Positions 1-14,300 of a stretch of 64,000 bases of DNA are shown here, one piece after another. The translations under genes and the position numbers were made by a program. The stretch spans positions 558,001 through 622,000 of the forward strand of contig OZ237739.1 in NCBI GenBank assembly GCA_965178125.1. Reading direction: 5' to 3'. The first letter of the stretch is position 1. Each line of letters opens with the position of its first letter. Below the pieces are notes generated by a model. It did no database searches and was not told the DNA's origin. It saw only the letters and a list, made by a program, of their open reading frames with translations. The DNA is from Bilabrum cf. latius (lineage: Eukaryota).

Positions 1-3000
1 CTGAACTAGGTAGGCGAGCTAGCAGACGACATAACGCCAGACATGAATGCGATTCGGGTCAAGCTCGCATTGGCCCTGCGATTCGGAAGCGCCAAGATGC
101 CGTTTGGGACAGGTGGGGCCTACGGGAGTTATATGTCGGCGCACGGGCACGTCAGAGCGTCTTGCCGCCTCAGCCGCATCGAGCATTAGGCCGTGTGCGA
201 CATGCTTGACAACAAGGACATGTCAGAGAAGTGGCGAGCCCTCAGGTACGGTGACTCCATCCGGGCCACGTACTCCACCAATGGGGCTTCTGAGGGAAAT
301 TTCGGCTGGTATGGCACGATAGCAGAGGGGGGTCTTCACACCGCTGACTACATGTCATAGGCCCAAATACCGACAGAGACAAAATCTGCAAGTGGCTACG
401 TGTCTCTAACGTGGCCCGAGGACGGAAATCGCAACTGGTGCTTCAGTACGTATGGCTACGAGCCAATCGGGGATCTGAGCTCCAGTGCGAAAAAGTCAGT
501 CGATAAGATCAACAGCTTGCTTCCGCTGGCATGGAACTAGCACACGCCCTACCTCATCGAGCTTGCGTTGGGGAAGGCGCGCATTCGCCTTGTCGAAGGA
601 GGGGAAGAATGCGGCCGGCGATTCGCCCAAGTGCTCACGCGCTGGATGCAAGCGAAGCTGTTAGGTTGGAAACCGTACACGTTCTCCGGAAAACAGATGG
701 TGCCCTACTATATTGGTGCAATTGCCAGCGTGATTGATGCTGACGGTTCCCCTGCCACGGAGGGATCTAGCGGTGGCTGGCCGGTTCCTACTACGGAAAT
801 GCTAGCCAAGATCCAAACGTCATCGACTCAGACTTGGGTGAGGAGCTGGTTTCAAGCGCTGAAGGAATGCCCTACCTCTTCAAATCCGAGATTTGACAAA
901 TCGAAGTGGGCTGGCAAAGAAAATGAGATCCCTTGGGGCCACTTTCCCCCGATCCGGCTTGGCCTTGGCACGGGAGCGGATGACGGCACGGCGAACCCGC
1001 CGCAGGACATCACGTCGGACCTTCTGCCACCGGATCCGCCGGGCTGCTTCGACACGTGTCCAGATAGAGCCCTGGTTCTCCGCAAGTTTGACCACTCGGG
1101 TATAGCCACAGCCAGCGGTGCCGCCTCGGGATCGGGGAAGGGCCACGGGAGGCGGGGCTCTGTGAGCGGTGGCGGCGTGGGAATGGACGTGAGCGTGAGC
1201 AAGCTCGACCTGGCCCAATTCGCCACCATGCCGCTGGGTCTCCTGGCAGAGGAGCACACCTTGGTTCTGTCTGCTGCCCAGTCACAAGTGCGTGTGCCGT
1301 CTGGCAGTTTACCGTTCGACAAGACAACCGGACGTCCCATCGAGTCGTCTTTCGTTGCCGACGCCATGCTCAAGCGACTGGAGGACTCTTGTGCCACTTA
1401 CAAGGAGATTGTGGCTGGCCGGACTTCGGATGCGATGGCCTGCTTGGTGGTAGATGCCAACACGGACAAGCAGAGGCACCCGAAGCCAGAGGAGCTGTCT
1501 GCCATAGCGGGTCCGGCTATTGCTTCGCTTCAGCGGTTGCTGCAGCAGCTCGTCAAGCAGCGCCGCGAAGATCTCAAAGACGTCCGCAAAGGGTTTGCGT
1601 CTGTTTTGGCTGTGCTGAACAGGATTGAAGAAGTCGACACGAGCGATGACGCGCCGGCCGCCGCTGCATCTGGTGCGGGCAGCAGCGACCGACCGCCGCT
1701 GGTCGTAAAGACTAGCTTGGAGAGGCATGCCTTCCAGCGCACGTATGTGTGGGACGAGCTGTTGCTTGGCACGCTCCTAAGCTCAAGACCTGAATAGGAC
1801 TTGTTCAATCAGAACCCATGCATGTCGGCAGAACGAGCGAGAGCAGCCGTCGAGTGCGCGCATGCCTTGGCGCTCAAGGCCAACCGCGTGTCGCAGGCCA
1901 ACCGGTGCATTGGGCTAGCACAGCGACTGGCAGGAATGCTTGGGAAGATTCAAAGCTAGTTCAGCAATGCTGGTGCCCACTTTGGATCAGATGCTGTTTC
2001 TCCAGAGCAGATGGAGGCTCTTCGGTATGCACAAGAGGACCTCGCAGGATCGCTCCGCGGAGTCCGACCGTACGCCTCCATCTTCCCGAACGTCCCCATC
2101 GATTATCACAAGCTGGCAGAAGGCGCTGCGGATGCTCGTGAAGTGCAAGAAATATCCATGGATTCGCGGTTCCTGATGCTCGAGCTCATCAACGGCTGGC
2201 TGCTGCGTGGCGTACAGGTGGATGTGGTGGGTCGATTTTGCGAGGAGGCGTGCGTGCCCCTCTACGGACTTCCACCTTCCATGCAGTTCGGGCCCAACAC
2301 AGGACTCCCAGCGGATCAAATGTTTGCCAACAAGCCGGGATTTACGGGCTCGTCGTCCGAATCCAAGGGTGGCGAAGAAGAGAGCAAGGTGGAGCCGCCA
2401 GTGCCGGTTGACGATGACGGGGTGCCGGACCTCGCAGCTCTCGAGAAATACATCTCCTCGCTGGACCCATCTGGCTCCGGGGTCCAATCCCGAGTTCGGT
2501 CACTTGCTATGGGTGCCGGCAAGACGGCTTGCATCAGCGTTCTGCTCATTCTTGCAATGGCAGATGGGAAGCGCGTTGCCACGATCATGGCCCCCCCTGC
2601 CCTGCTCGCTCAGACCCAGGACCTAATGTGGGCCGCATTCGCCCGTATTATGCCAAAGCGGGTGGTGACTTTTAATTTCACACGGAGCTCCGCAGACAAT
2701 CCCAGCGAGCTGGCCGCCTTGCGACGAAAGCTAGAAGACACGGCAGAGCAGCGAGGTCTGGTGCTAACCTCACCAGGTGCAGTCAAGTCGATGCAGTTGC
2801 TCTTTGTGGAGCAGGCCGGCAAGGCGTTGGGCACAGACGGCAAGGGCTCTATCCGCTTGCTCTCGCAGGAAAGCCGCAAGCAGGCCATGGAGGCTGCCAA
2901 AGAGCTGGCCCAGATCACTGACATGTTTGGAAGGTCTCAGGGGGGTCGCCTGGTGATGGACGAGGTGGACATGATCCTAAGCCCGCTCAAGTCGGAGCTG

Positions 3001-6000
3001 CTGTATCCCGCTGGCAACACTGTAATGCTGTAGCCCAGGCCATATCGCTGGACATTCGTGGTGGATTTGCTGGAAACGATCACTACTGCTGCATTGCTCG
3101 AGGGCGCCGGCGACTCGAGGCGGTGCGCCCTGATAGCGGTGGACTCCGAGTCGGCTGGATCAGGAGCAGGCGAATCCAAGGGAGGAGACGAAGGCGGCGA
3201 CAAGGCTAGCTTGGCTGACGTGCAGAGCGGCCGGGGGCCCATGGGGCCGTTCCGCCGCGCGATCAGGCAGGGACTGGACCAGCAGATGCTGCAATCATCT
3301 CCTCACCTAGTGCTTTTGAATAAGGGCTTCTACCACCAGGTGCTTCGACCTGCCGCTGCCGAGTGGTCGGTGTGGTGGCTCATGAGCTCCAACGTGCTGC
3401 AGGCTAAGCAGAACGAAGAGCAGTCGAAAGCCACGGATTCGCCCGTCTCGGGCAAGGACCTCGAGTTGATCTTGCAGGCCGATCCAAAGACCACGGAGAA
3501 ACAGGCCAAGGCGTGCCTGCGCAAAGTGGCAGCCACCATCGGTCCGAAGAGCCAAGCTGCTCTCCGAATCGTGCTGGACTGGCTCAACAGCCTGCTGGCG
3601 CACGTGCTGGGCAAGGTCAACCGGGTTACGTACGGCATCCTGGGGCCGGGTGACGTGCAGCGCCTCCAGGCCATGGGCGGCGATGGCCTCGGCCGAGAGC
3701 GCCTGCTGACAGCTGTGCCTTTTGTTGGCAAGGATGTCCCCTCTGAGATGTCTTCCTTCGCCCAGCCCGACTGCCTCATCGGGATCACGACGAGCGCGTA
3801 CCTGTATGAGGGGCTCATGCCGAGGCACGTGAAGCGACTGGTGCAGGTCCAGCGTTTCAAGATGGGCCGAGAGTCGGGACCGCACCGCACCCGACCGTCG
3901 AGGATCGAGTTTCAAGGCTGGGTGGAGGACGCGATGCGGGTGTGGCGGGTGCGCTTCGGGGATGCCGCGGATGCCATCGCCCGGGCCAGGCAGGCCGCAG
4001 CCCGAAGCGGTGCTTCGTCTGCGTCCTTCATTCCCACGGCCGAGCAGCTGGACCTTTCTGAAGATGCATACAATGAGGCTGCTGCAGGACCCCCCATGGT
4101 TCCGCCGCTGGAGTTCTTGCAGACTACCGACGCGCCCCAGATGGCGCAGGTGTTCCGGCTGTTCCGGCTCTTTGGTCCCATGGTCCGCAGCTGGATGCTG
4201 ATGTACGTGTTTCCCACCGTGACGGACCACTAGGAGGCCAAGTTTTCCTCTTCTGGCGTGGACCTAGGGTCCGACTGCCTCTTTGGTGCCAGGTACGGCT
4301 TCTCGGGAACGCCCTCTGCCCTCGCTCCCCTGGACCTGGGCGAGTGCGACTTCGAGCCGGGTTCGGAGGGAAGGTTCCTCGACGTGCTGACGGACCCGCA
4401 AGTGGTGTGGGACTCCAGCGATGAGCTGATTCCCGGCCGCGAGTGGACCGTGCCAGGCCTGCTCAAGTCGATCGCCAACACCTCCCCGCCCTTCCATGCC
4501 CTCATCGACGCGGGCGCACTAATCACGGGCATGTCCAATCGCCAGGCAGCGGCGTACATGCTTCGCGTGGGCCTCAAGACGCTGCAGGGGTGCGTGTTCC
4601 TGGACGAAGACAACCAAAAGATGATTCTTGTGCGTGGCAAGTCAGAGGCCTTGCCGTTAGCCGAAGCCGGCATTCCTAAACATAAGCGTTTTACGATCTA
4701 TGACCAGAGCCACACGACGGGCATGGACATCAAGCAGGCTCCCAACGCTCGCGCCGTGCTCACGCTGGGCAAGGACTGCACATTTAGGGATGCTGCGCAG
4801 GCGGCCTGGCGCATGCGCGGTCTGGCGAAGGGGCAGACGCTCCGGCTTTGCGTGGTACCGGAGGTGCAAGGCCTTGTGAAGCAGGCTGTGGGCGCGGAGG
4901 CATTCGAAAAGGATCCGAGGATCCGATCGGTGGTGGCGTGGCTGGTTCGCAACAGCATCGAGCACGAGAGCTTGCAGTTCCAGCAGCTGTGCAGGCAGGA
5001 CCTTGCCAACGTCTGGAGGCGGGCCGCATTTGATGACCTGATGAGCATCTTTGGCATTGCGGGTCGGCAGTACGCCGAGAAAGGCTTGGTCCAGGATCTG
5101 CGAACCGTGCAGGAGCGAGTGAGCGTGTTCCGAGAGCCTGTCGACTTCACGCCAAAACTGGACCTCGAGGATGACCCGAGCGCTTCCGTCGGGGCTGCGG
5201 CTTCTTAGGGGGTCAGCAAGGATCCCGCGGAGAGCGCTCCGCTGGCAGGACTGGCGCGGTGGGCACGGGACACCATCCCGCAGTACATTCGTGGAGAGGC
5301 TGCCGAGAAGCGGCTGCTTGCCGTCCTGGAAAGAAACTCAATCGGAGCTGGTGTAGGAGGCAAGAAGAAGACGCAGCACCTGGACCAGGAGCAAGAACAA
5401 GAGCAAGAGGTGCTCCAGGAGGCCGAGCGGGAGCAGGACTAGGAAAAGGAGCTGGAGTACGTCGCCTGGTTCAAGCGCCCGGACATTGACGTGCGCAAGC
5501 CCAGCCCGTGGTCTATCGCTAGCCTAGAGAGTGCAAGCCGCAAGGTACAGAACTTTGCCGACAGCGGCGATGCGGTGAAGGCGCAGTCTGCTTTGCTCGG
5601 CGCTCTGGGGCAGGCAGCGTTTCACGCCTCTGAGTGGAAGCCGGACGATGACACGCCCATGCTATAGGCGCTGCGGCCGGGCCTGTGCCTTTCAAAATGG
5701 TTTACTCTGCAGGACGCGCAGAACCTGCCGGAGTACAAGGTGCAGTTCGCGCAGGTTGGCATGACCTTCAACGCCCTCGAGCCCGACCCACGAGGGGCAT
5801 CGGCTATGGCCGTGCAGGCTGGCGGTGGGGCCGCGGCAGCGGCGGGGTACAGGCCGGGAGGCGGTGCCATCGTGCCCGCTCTGTCTGGAGACTCGCAGCG
5901 CCGCATGGCTGGTGCTACTCCCATGGTCATCCTGTCGCTGGCCGAGGCAGAGGCGGTTCGTCGGGCGCTCCATGCGGCTAGTAGGGAGAGCGACGGCGGT

Positions 6001-6636
6001 CGGTCATCATCCTCGGGTGATGGGAAGCTGGCGGGCGTGCAGCTTTGGAACATTTCGCTTGGATAGCTGATCGATTCAGCGGGAGCTGGCGGCCCCTCGT
6101 CGTGTGGTGGAAAAGGGGGCGGCAAGTCGCGCGCAGAGGTGACGAGAGCACCGACTTGGGACGTACGTGTGGCCTTGGGGCGGTTTGCCAACTGCGACGT
6201 GTACATGCCAGATGAGTCTGCCACGGCGGCTCTCGTTCCACTTGCGGGCGTCCCAACGGACGACCGTCGCGTGTTCTTCGAGCGACTGGCGAGGCGCAGG
6301 AGGGGAGGTGCCACGGCCTGGGCGGGTACGCCGGTTGCCAAGCTGCTGACCGTCAAAGATCTGCAGTCTCTCAAGCATAGGGACGAGCAGGTTCAGAGGG
6401 TGCGGCAGGCACTGGCCAGCAAGGGCTGGGACCCCGATCGCCTATTCAAGGAGCTTGATGACGACCGATCTGGCACTTTGTCCGTGGCAGAGTTCCGAAA
6501 GCTGGTCAGCACGCTGAACCTGCCGCTGCCCGAGGGTGATGTGATGGATCTGTTGCACGCAGCGGATCGCGACATGGACGGGTTTGTCACGATGACCGAG
6601 TTCAGGCGAGCGTTTGCCGCTGTGGAGGACTCGTGA
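1..6636 (+). CDS. Giant DUF3638/DUF3645-type P-loop (SF2 helicase-like) protein with C-terminal EF-hand pair; 5'-partial, TAG=Gln
   Basis: Frame +1 is open from base 1 to TGA 6634-6636 except for 12 TAGs (7, 187, 358, 538, 1795, 1957, 3031, 4231, 5206, 5440, 5665, 6064). Motifs: Walker A-like AMGAGKT, MDEVD, AVPFVGKDVPS, YGFSGTPS, ALIDAGALITG, YDQSHTTGMDIKQ, QAAWRMRGL, EQEQEQE tract, EF-hands DDDRSGTLSVAE and DRDMDGFVTMTE. Confidence 0.85.
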
Positions 6637-7188
6637 GAATCGATTCGCGATTTGATAGCTGCCAATTGAAGATGAGCATTACTCTTATACTTTGAGTGCT
6701 TTGGGTGTACCAGTTTTTTGGCTTCACACCCAATAACCCGCTGAAGTTCGACGGATCATCTAGCAGGAAGGCCATCTCTACCAATCTCTCGGAAATGGCA
6801 CAACCGGTGGGATCTCTTTGAGCAACAGGTGCTGTATTTGCTGAACCTCGTACTTTGCGGCTCCCCTGGTGACCGTCACGAATTCGAGGACTCGTGAATC
6901 CTGATTTTTTTGGGGGGGGGGGGGCTGGTCCGACGAGTCGGGGGTCCGGATATACAGAAATACAGAAATACATTGTTGGGTAAAGATTCCGTAAGCACCC
7001 AGATGCGTAATGCACCGTCGCCCCCGAGGGGGTTTGGGTGATCACCTAGATCCAGAGGAGCCCTAAAACAAAGGACTACAAGACCCCCGACCCTTTCAGG
7101 CCAAAGGCCCCCCGTTCTCAGCCTATGCCGCCAAGTTCCCATTCTTCGCCATCAGTGTGGTCCCCCACAGGCCCCCAGCCTGTTGCCT

Positions 7189-8055
7189 TCACAAGGAGAA
7201 AGCGTACAGGTGCGGAGCGTGTGCCCGGCACAAGGCGCGGTCCAGTCCCACATCAGGGTCCCCGGTCGAGACCCACCATTTCCTCCTCCATGACCGTCTC
7301 TGCGTCTCACGATCCTTCAGAGAGGCGAGCATGCACGCGCTCATGCCTTTGGCCCATTGCCTCTCTATATCCTTTAGCAAGCCGTGGGGCTTGAAAATCC
7401 GTCGCTGTAGTCGGGCGTTCGCATTTGTTGCCGCTATCAGCTCCTGCGTGGCCGTGGCGGCTAAGGCAGCCGCCGCATCACCACGCATCCACTGCCTGCA
7501 TGTCAGCTGCTCCTGCTGGCGCAGCTGGTTTCGGAGCACCTGTACCACTCGGTTAGCCAGCACCTTGACAGCTGTACGTTCCGAGGACCGTGCAATCGTG
7601 CGCTCTATCCGAATGAGCGCGCCTTCGACGATTGGTTTGGCCCTGTTGGTGTGCTCCAGCTTCTCGTCCCAGGGATCCAGGGCGAGAGCTGTCTTCGCCC
7701 ATGCCTTCCGAAGAGAGGCGGGCGACCTCCCTCTATTCTGATCCCCGGCATCAGGTGTCCACGGCTTCGTTTCGGCGTGACGCTCATGCTCAGCTCGCTC
7801 CATCTGCTCTACCGCGGTGCCCATTACCTGGAGGTTGGGCGTTCCCTGTTGTGGATATTGTCCAGCTCGAATGCGCAGGATTCGTCTTCCTTGATGACCG
7901 TACTCCTGCATTGCCGCTGTAGTCACCATGGCTCCTGGTCCGAAAGCATTCCGTCCTTTCGTTGCAAATCGGTTAAACATCACCACTCCGCACGCGGCGC
8001 GCTCCCGGTCTTGGTGCTGCTCGCTGGATTTGGTATTAGCTAGTAGCGTGCACAA
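7189..8055 (-). CDS. Hypothetical protein (up to 288 aa), no recognised domain
   Basis: Uninterrupted ORF ending in TGA with a plausible helical composition. No motif recognised and the start is uncertain. Confidence 0.3.
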   Translation of the reverse strand: MCTLLANTKSSEQHQDRERAACGVVMFNRFATKGRNAFGPGAMVTTAAMQEYGHQGRRILRIRAGQYPQQGTPNLQVMGTAVEQMERAEHERHAETKPWTPDAGDQNRGRSPASLRKAWAKTALALDPWDEKLEHTNRAKPIVEGALIRIERTIARSSERTAVKVLANRVVQVLRNQLRQQEQLTCRQWMRGDAAAALAATATQELIAATNANARLQRRIFKPHGLLKDIERQWAKGMSACMLASLKDRETQRRSWRRKWWVSTGDPDVGLDRALCRAHAPHLYAFSL

Positions 8056-8313
8056 TAAATTCCAACGCCCGGCGCGCCCGAGCTCGCTTCCGCTTCCCGG
8101 TCACGCAGAAGCACGAATGCTGGCAAAAGTCTCAGAGATTCATTGACATCAGCTGCACTCAATTTTCTTCAACTTCTTTAAGGCGCTGCAGTAGTGTTCA
8201 AGGGAACGGTCAAAGATTCGTAAGCTAGCGAGGCATACTGGTGCCAAACAGCTGCAGTTCTGGTATCAAAACCAGCACTTCGGGAGTCTGTAACTGCACA
8301 AGACTCATTCATC

Positions 8314-11300
8314 ATGCGGAAAGCCTTTGGTGTATACGCTGTGCTTGCAGCGGTTGCTGCTGCCCATGAAAGGATTGCGGTGCTGAGCTCAGAGCTGCTG
8401 GAAAGCGAGTCGGCGCGCGGAAGCAAATCTGTGTCACACACTTGCATTCACGACGAGATCATGAAAAAAGCTACAGAAAAACGGGTATTGGCAGGTTTGC
8501 CGGCCGAACCAGCACCACGAGGCCTTCTCAACCCAAGCATTCACGAGCCGCACGCGCGGCATTTGACGTCGAGCGGGAGCTGGCGCCAAATGAGGATCAA
8601 GATCGACTACCAGAGCATGAGTGGGCTCACTGGGTCGGATTTGACATATTTCAAGGATACAATCATCGAACCTACGGTGGAAACCGTCAAGTCAATGCTG
8701 CAAGTACGACAGCGTCCCCAGTCAGCTGGAGGTGACAGCAAGCTCTTCCTCGGCTACCCTTGCTCCGGATACTACACTAGCTCTGCGAATGCCGGCAAGT
8801 GCAGATAGCTTGATACTACTAGAATATGTGGAACGGACGACATGGTCCTCGATGCTGAATACTTTGGAGCCAGTACGTACTACACAAGCTGCAACACTGC
8901 CGGGTAGTGCACGGAGCAGACAACGACTGCTGGCGATGGAGCGGCAGACGCAGATTTCGTTTTGATCGTGTCGGCACAGCAAGTTAGCAATTGCAACTCT
9001 GGTGCAGCTGCGTATGCATCTACCTGCCTCAGGGATGACCTGGATAGGCCTGTCGCCGGACACTTCAACATGTGTCCGAACAGCCTGAGCACGAACACAA
9101 ACGACCTCGCCAAAATGCGGCAGATTGCACTCCATGAGGTTTTCCACGCCATTTTTTTCTCGTCCTCGAACTTCAAGTACATGCGGAACCCAAGCAGCTT
9201 GGAGCCATACCTGGACAGGGACGAGAGCATCGAGGGTCGCCTGGACGTTACGACGCACTCGACGTCCTGCGACGGCGGAAGGACCCAGAGCAACCCTGCA
9301 TTCCCTTCGGATGTCATCCAATGGTCCGGGGAGCGGGGCCAACCCAGCTGCCCTGACGATGCAACTGCAGCCACGCTCGGGCAGAGCAGCTGCACCCAAC
9401 GCGTGGTGCTACCAAAGGTGCGCGATGCTGCCCGCCACTACTTTGGGTGTGATGACCTCGCTGGACCAGAACTTGAGAACGATGACACCAGCTGCAGCCA
9501 CGTGTCCTCGCATTGGGAAAGGCGCATGTTCTACTCTGACACAATGGCTACCACCATTGGAGCTCACAGCATCACGACGCCGGTAACGCTTGCCTTCTTC
9601 GAGTCGAGTGGCTGGTACAAAGCAAACTATACCTCTGTGTAGAGCATTGAAGCTCCTGGGCGCGACTGGGCAAGGTACGCAGGCTGTGACCTAGCCAGGG
9701 ACGAGAAAGGGCTCAGTGGGTCACCGCTTGTAAGCGTGACGTCTGGCGCTCCTGCCAGCAGCGGGCGCTCCTACTTCTGCACAGAGACTGAAACGTACTC
9801 TGTCTGCTCATTCGATCGCAGAGAGAGGGGCTCTTGCTAGATCAAGTCCGACTACGGTGCGTCTGATTTGCCAAGCTACAGGAGGTATTTCGGGGAATCG
9901 GCAGCACCCTACAAAGCCGGCAGATCGAAGCAACTGGACTTCCTGCCCTATGTGACCGGGAGCGCCTGCTCAGATACTGACAACCACAGGTCGGGCCAGT
10001 ACGATGCAGAGTTTGGAACATTTTACGGTGCCAAGTCGGCCTGTTTCGATGCAACGCTGGTGCTTTCCGACTCGTAGTACAACTTTGGAACGCAAATTCA
10101 GTCAGGCTGCTTCCGGTACGAGTGTGCGGCAGATGCGGCGGAGAGCTACAAGGTGTTTTTCCTCTCTCGAGACGGGGACTCAGAGGTGAACGTTACATGC
10201 ACGGAAGAGGAAGAAATCTCAGTGCCTGGATTCTCAGGCACCTTCGGGTGCGTGGCTCCTCGATTCTTTTGCCCGAAGAGCAACGAGGCTCCGGACGCCA
10301 CCCTGTCAACCACGAGTGTTACGTTCTCGGAGACCACAGCTACTGCTGAACCCCTGTTTCCATCAATCACATTGGATGATTCCGACGACACCACTTTGTC
10401 TGCACTTGTCATGCTCACCGATGCGCAAGTTGGTGATGTGATCCAAAAGGCTAGCGCAGACGACGACATTGAGCTCCACAGCGACGGATTCGGCGCCACG
10501 ATCTCTGCAGTATCAAAATCTGACCTAGCAACGAAGCTACAGAAACTAGGGTACAAATCGACGGTGAGCTACACAGACACGTTAACAAGGTCGATCGAAC
10601 TGGTGGTAACAGATAATGCAGCAAGCCAGCTGGCTGTGCAAGGCAGGCAAGTGAGATCTCTTTCGGCAACCATCACCCCTTCAAACCAAGCGCCTGTCAT
10701 CACGCTGGGCACGGCGCCGTCCGACTTCTATGAGTCCACTGGCACGGCCGTGGCGCTCTTCTCGGGCGTGTCCATCGCGGACGCGGACGACGTGCAGGTG
10801 ACGGCCAGCGTCAGCATCCAGAGCTCGCAGACCGGTGACGCGCTGACCGCCGGGGCTGGCGTGAAGTTGGCAGGAGACGGGCTGAGCGCCACGGTGGCTG
10901 CATCATCGCTGGCCGACATGGCCACGGCGCTGGCCACGATCAAGTTCGCCAACACCGCCGACTACGTGACGCCGCTGACTCGCACTGTGCGGCTGACGGT
11001 GGAAGACCTGGGGTCGCAGGGCCAGCTGAGCAGCAGCAAGCAGGCTAGCAGCGAGGATGTGACCGTGACCATCGTGGCGGACAATGATGCGCCTGGCATC
11101 ACGCTGGGCACGGCGCCGTCCGACTTCGATGAGTCCACTGGCACGGCCGTGGCGCTCTTCTCGGGCGTGTCCATCGAGGACGCGGACGACGTGCAGGTGA
11201 CGGCCAGCGTCAGCATCCAGAGCTCGCAGACCGGTGACGCGCTGACCGCCGGGGCTGGCGTGAAGTTGGCAGGAGACGGGCTGAGCGCCACGGTGGCTGC

Positions 11301-14300
11301 ATCATCGCTGGCCGACATGGCCACGGCGCTGGCCACGATCAAGTTCGCCAACACCGCCGACTACGTGACGCCGCTGACTCGCACTGTGCGGCTGACGGTG
11401 GAAGACCTGGGGTCGCAGGGCCAGCTGAGCAGCAGCAAGCAGGCTAGCAGCGAGAATGTGACCGTGACCATCGTGGCGAACAATGATGCGCCTGGCATCA
11501 CGCTGGGCACGGCGCCGTCCGACTTCGATGAGTCCACTGGCACGGCCGTGGCGCTCTTCTCGGGCGTGTCCATCGAGGACGCGGACGACGTGCAGGTGAC
11601 GGCCAGCGTCAGCATCCAGAGCTCGCAGACCGGTGACGCGCTGACCGCCGGGGCTGGCGTGAAGTTGGCAGGAGACGGGCTGAGCGCCACGGTGGCTGCA
11701 TCATCGCTGGCCGACATGGCCACGGCGCTGGCCACGATCAAGTTCGCCAACACCGCCAACTACGTGACGCCGCTGACTCGCACTGTGCGGCTGACGGTGG
11801 AAGACCTGGGGTCGCAGGGCCAGCTGAGCAGCAGCAAGCAGGCTAGCAGCGAGAATGTGACCGTGACCATCGTGGCGGACAATGATGCGCTTGGCATCAC
11901 GCTGGGCACGGCGCCGTCCGACTTCGATGAGTCCGCTGGCACGGCCGTGGCGCTCTTCTCGGGCGTGTCCATCGAGGACGCGGACGACGTGCAGGTGACG
12001 GCCAGCGTCAGCATCCAGAGCTCGCAGACCGGTGACGCGCTGACCGCCGGGGCTGGCGTGAAGTTGGCAGAGGACGGGCTGAGCGCCACGGTGGCTGCAT
12101 CATCGCTGGCCGACATGGCCACGGCGCTGGCCACGATCAAGTTCGCCAACACCGCCGACTACGTGACGCCGCTGACTCGCACTGTGCGGCTGACGGTGGA
12201 AGACCTGGGGTCGCAGGGCCAGCTGAGCAGCAGCAAGCAGGCTAGCAGCGAGAATGTGACCGTGACCATCGTGGCGAACAATGATGCGCCTGGCATCACG
12301 CTGGGCACGGCGCCGTCCGACTTCTATGAGTCCACTGGCACGGCCGTGGCGCTCTTCTCGGGCGTGTCCATCGAGGACGCGGACGACGTGCAGGTGACGG
12401 CCAGCGTCAGCATCCAGAGCTCGCAGACCGGTGACGCGCTGACCGCCGGGGCTGGCGTGAAGTTGGCAGGAGACGGGCTGAGCGCCACGGTGGCTGCATC
12501 ATCGCTGGCCGACATGGCCACGGCGCTGGCCACGATCAAGTTCGCCAACACCGCCGACTACGTGACGCCGCTGACTCGCACTGTGCGGCTGACGGTGGAA
12601 GACCTGGGGTCGCAGGGCCAGCTGAGCAGCAGCAAGCAGGCTAGCAGCGAGAATGTGACCGTGACCATCGTGGCGGACAATGATGCGCCTGGCATCACGC
12701 TGGGCACGGCGCCGTCCGACTTCTATGAGTCCACTGGCACGGCCGTGGCGCTCTTCTCGGGCGTGTCCATCGAGGACGCGGACGACGTGCAGGTGACGGC
12801 CAGCGTCAGCATCCAGAGCTCGCAGACCGGTGACGTGCTGACCGCCGGGGCTGGCGTGAAGTTGGCAGGAGACGGGCTGAGCGCCACGGTGGCTGCATCA
12901 TCGCTGGCCGACATGGCCACGGCGCTGGCCACGATCAAGTTCGCCAACACCGCCGACTACGTGACGCCGCTGACTCGCACTGTGCGGCTGACGGTGGAAG
13001 ACCTGGGGTCGCAGGGCCAGCTGAGCAGCAGCAAGCAGGCTAGCAGCGAGAATGTGACCGTGACCATCGTGGCGGACAATGATGCGCCTGCCATCAGGCT
13101 GGGCACGGCGCCGTCCGACTTCGATGAGTCCGCTGGCACGGCCGTGGCGCTCTTCTCGGGCGTGTCCATCGAGGACGCGGACGACGTGCAGGTGACGGCC
13201 AGCGTCAGCATCCAGAGCTCGCAGACCGGTGACGCGCTGACCGCCGGGGCTGGCGTGAAGTTGGCAGAGGACGGGCTGAGCGCCACGGTGGCTGCATCAT
13301 CGCTGGCCGACATGGCCACGGCGCTGGCCACGATCAAGTTCGCCAACACCGCCGACTACGTGACGCCGCTGACTCGCACTGTGCGGCTGACGGTGGAAGA
13401 CCTGGGGTCGCAGGGCCAGCTGAGCAGCAGCAAGCAGGCTAGCAGCGAGAATGTGACCGTGACCATCGTGGCGGACAATGATGCGCCTGGCATCACGCTG
13501 GGCACGGCGCCGTCCGACTTCGATGAGTCCGCTGGCACGGCCGTGGCGCTCTTCTCGGGCGTGTCCATCGAGGACGCGGACGACGTGCAGGTGACGGCCA
13601 GCGTCAGCATCCAGAGCTCGCAGACCGGTGACGCGCTGACCGCCGGGGCTGGCGTGAAGTTGGCAGGAGACGGGCTGAGCGCCACGGTGGCTGCATCATC
13701 GCTGGCCGACATGGCCACGGCGCTGGCCACGATCAAGTTCGCCAACACCGCCGACTACGTGACGCCGCTGACTCGCACTGTGCGGCTGACGGTGGAAGAC
13801 CTGGGGTCGCAGGGCCAGCTGAGCAGCAGCAAGCAGGCTAGCAGCGAGAATGTGACCGTGACCATCGTGGCGGACAATGATGCGCCTGGCATCACGCTGG
13901 GCACGGCGCCGTCCGACTTCGATGAGTCCGCTGGCACGGCCGTGGCGCTCTTCTCGGGCGTGTCCATCGAGGACGCGGACGACGTGCAGGTGACGGCCAG
14001 CGTCAGCATCCAGAGCTCGCAGACCGGTGACGCGCTGACCGCCGGGGCTGGCGTGAAGTTGGCAGGAGACGGGCTGAGCGCCACGGTGGCTGCATCATCG
14101 CTGGCCGACATGGCCACGGCGCTGGCCACGATCAAGTTCGCCAACACCGCCGACTACGTGACGCCGCTGACTCGCACTGTGCGGCTGACGGTGGAAGACC
14201 TGGGGTCGCAGGGCCAGCTGAGCAGCAGCAAGCAGGCTAGCAGCGAGAATGTGACCGTGACCATCGTGGCGGACAATGATGCGCCTGCCATCAGGCTGGG

